From the NCBI RefSeq assembly GCF_028368995.1, contig NZ_JAQNDL010000004.1:480001-544000 (forward strand): a DNA stretch of 64,000 nt, written 5' to 3'. Below, one piece after another: positions 62,582 to 64,000 of the stretch (within the stretch, counting starts at the first letter, position 1; every line of letters starts with the position of its first letter). This DNA is from Nannocystis bainbridge. GTDB lineage: Bacteria > Myxococcota_A > Polyangia > Nannocystales > Nannocystaceae. The notes beneath the pieces were generated by a model, which worked only from the letters and a program-made list of their open reading frames with translations, was not told the DNA's origin and did not search any database. The position numbers and the translations under genes were made by a program.

Positions 62582-63661
62582 ATGCGGGGGACGTGGACGA
62601 TCGCGGCGGTGTTGGTGCTCGGAGGTTGTGGCGACAGCGGGCCGGGGACCGGCACGGGAGGGATCAGCGAGGGCACGACGACGGCGGCGTCGACCGATCC
62701 GATGACGACGACGACGGGGCCGACGACCTCGGAGCCGGAGCCGACGACATCGACGACGACCACCACCACGATGACGCCGACGACGACCTCGCCGACCACC
62801 GGCGAGCCGGCGGAGTGTCAGACGGCCGCCGATTGTCAGGCGCCGACCTGCCAGGCGCCGACCTGCGAGGCGGGGGCGTGCGGGACGATGAACATGGCCG
62901 AAGGGACAGCCGTGGACGACCTGCCCGGCGACTGTCGGGCCACGGTGTGCGACGGGGCCGGCGGGACCAAGGAGATCCCGATCGACGATCCGCCGTCGCA
63001 GGCCGCGGGCGACTGCAAGCTGGTGGGATGTCTTCAGGGACAGGTGGAGTACACGCCGGCCGACGACGATCTGCCCAGCGACGGCAACGACTGCACGATC
63101 GACACCTGCATGACCGGCGAGGCGGTGTTCACGGCCAAGCCGATGCACAGCCCGTGCGGGCCGATGGGGTCGCAGTTCTGCCACGCCGACGCGAGCTGCC
63201 AGGCGTGCAAGGAGGTCACCGACGCGTGCGAGGACTACGGGTCGGAGCCGCACGAGACGCAGGCGACCGCCCACAGCCTCGGCGAGATCACCGACGCCGA
63301 CGCCAACGGGTCGTTCGCGTGCGGCACGGTCCAGGGCGCCGGCGACGTCGACTGGTTCACGTTCTCCGGCGTCGACGCGTTCCTCAACATGGTCGACCCG
63401 TCGCGCACGCTGGTGGCCGAGAACGACGCGGGGCGGCTGTGCGTGTACATGCAGTGCGAGAAGGGCACGACGACGGTGACGTGCGGGGCCAACGACACGC
63501 CCGACACCGCGCCGCTGGGCCAGAAGGGCTGCTGCGGGCAAGGCACGGTGTCGCCAGGGCTGAACTGCACGGGCCTCGACGACTCGGCCAAGGTGTGGAT
63601 CAAGGTCGACAACCCGGACATGCTGGCCTGCGTGCCGTACCGGCTCGACTATCACTTCTAG
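62582..63661 (+). CDS. Cys-rich lipoprotein with Thr-rich linker and pre-peptidase-C-like C-terminal domain
   Basis: Lipobox LGGC; poly-Thr linker; DGNDCTIDTC repeats; EPHET...DVDWFTF...YRLDYHF. Confidence 0.8.
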   Translation: MRGTWTIAAVLVLGGCGDSGPGTGTGGISEGTTTAASTDPMTTTTGPTTSEPEPTTSTTTTTTMTPTTTSPTTGEPAECQTAADCQAPTCQAPTCEAGACGTMNMAEGTAVDDLPGDCRATVCDGAGGTKEIPIDDPPSQAAGDCKLVGCLQGQVEYTPADDDLPSDGNDCTIDTCMTGEAVFTAKPMHSPCGPMGSQFCHADASCQACKEVTDACEDYGSEPHETQATAHSLGEITDADANGSFACGTVQGAGDVDWFTFSGVDAFLNMVDPSRTLVAENDAGRLCVYMQCEKGTTTVTCGANDTPDTAPLGQKGCCGQGTVSPGLNCTGLDDSAKVWIKVDNPDMLACVPYRLDYHF

Positions 63662-63737
63662 GCGCGGGGCTGCGGAGCGGCAGCGGCGGGACGGGCTGCA
63701 TCGCGGGGCGGGGACGCAGTGGCGCTCCTGCTGGTGA

Positions 63738-63852
63738 TGTCTCGAGGGGCGAGTGTGCTTCGATGTGTCCCAAGGGACATGTTGATCTCTCGTGCCTCGA
63801 TATGTCCCGAAGGACAGACGATCGCGCTTGCATCGAAGTGTCTCGAAGGACA
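63738..63852. repeat. cluster of TGTC-N6-GACA sites at ~36-37 bp spacing
   Basis: Perfect sites at 63766, 63803, 63839; degenerate site at 63738. Confidence 0.85.
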
Positions 63853-64000
63853 GGTGGTCGAGGGCGCGATGCGAGGGGCAGGCTCGGCGAGGGGGGCCGA
63901 CGTCACCGCGCGCTCGCGTGGCTCCGCGCGTCGTTCGGCAGCGGCGACGTCGGCGCCCGTCCGCCAGCGCGGCGATGATCTCGCGGGGGCATGGCTGCGA

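Overview
Very GC-rich (roughly 72-75% by eye) chromosomal window that looks myxobacterial, plausibly Nannocystis-like. That assignment is inferred from the MYXO-CTERM tail, Cys-rich DUF4215 repeats, DUF4388 and GAF-STAS proteins, and the rph-rdgB-tRNA-Pro-tRNA-Arg block. It holds about 43 credible CDS. These include queF, an S46 peptidase, an AAC(3)-family acetyltransferase, an N-terminal-only GlmU, a three-gene DabA/NuoL-like/NuoM-like inorganic-carbon pump operon, a STAND NTPase-TPR protein, TPP-riboswitch-controlled thiC coupled to a membrane sulfatase-fold gene, a TonB receptor with His-motif lipoproteins, an HADH/crotonase fusion, rph, rdgB and a BtpA-family gene. There are also 2 tRNAs. 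No transposase, integrase, prophage or CRISPR array was seen. The strongest unexplained signal is non-coding: a 14-bp palindrome, TGTC-N6-GACA. I counted about 29 perfect copies by hand, plus many 1-2 mismatch copies, recurring every ~1-5 kb. It forms head-to-tail arrays of up to 7 units in exact 14-bp register at gene boundaries and also sits inside coding sequences, alongside many short local duplications of gene ends and starts. Functional calls are from motif recognition only; no database searches were run.
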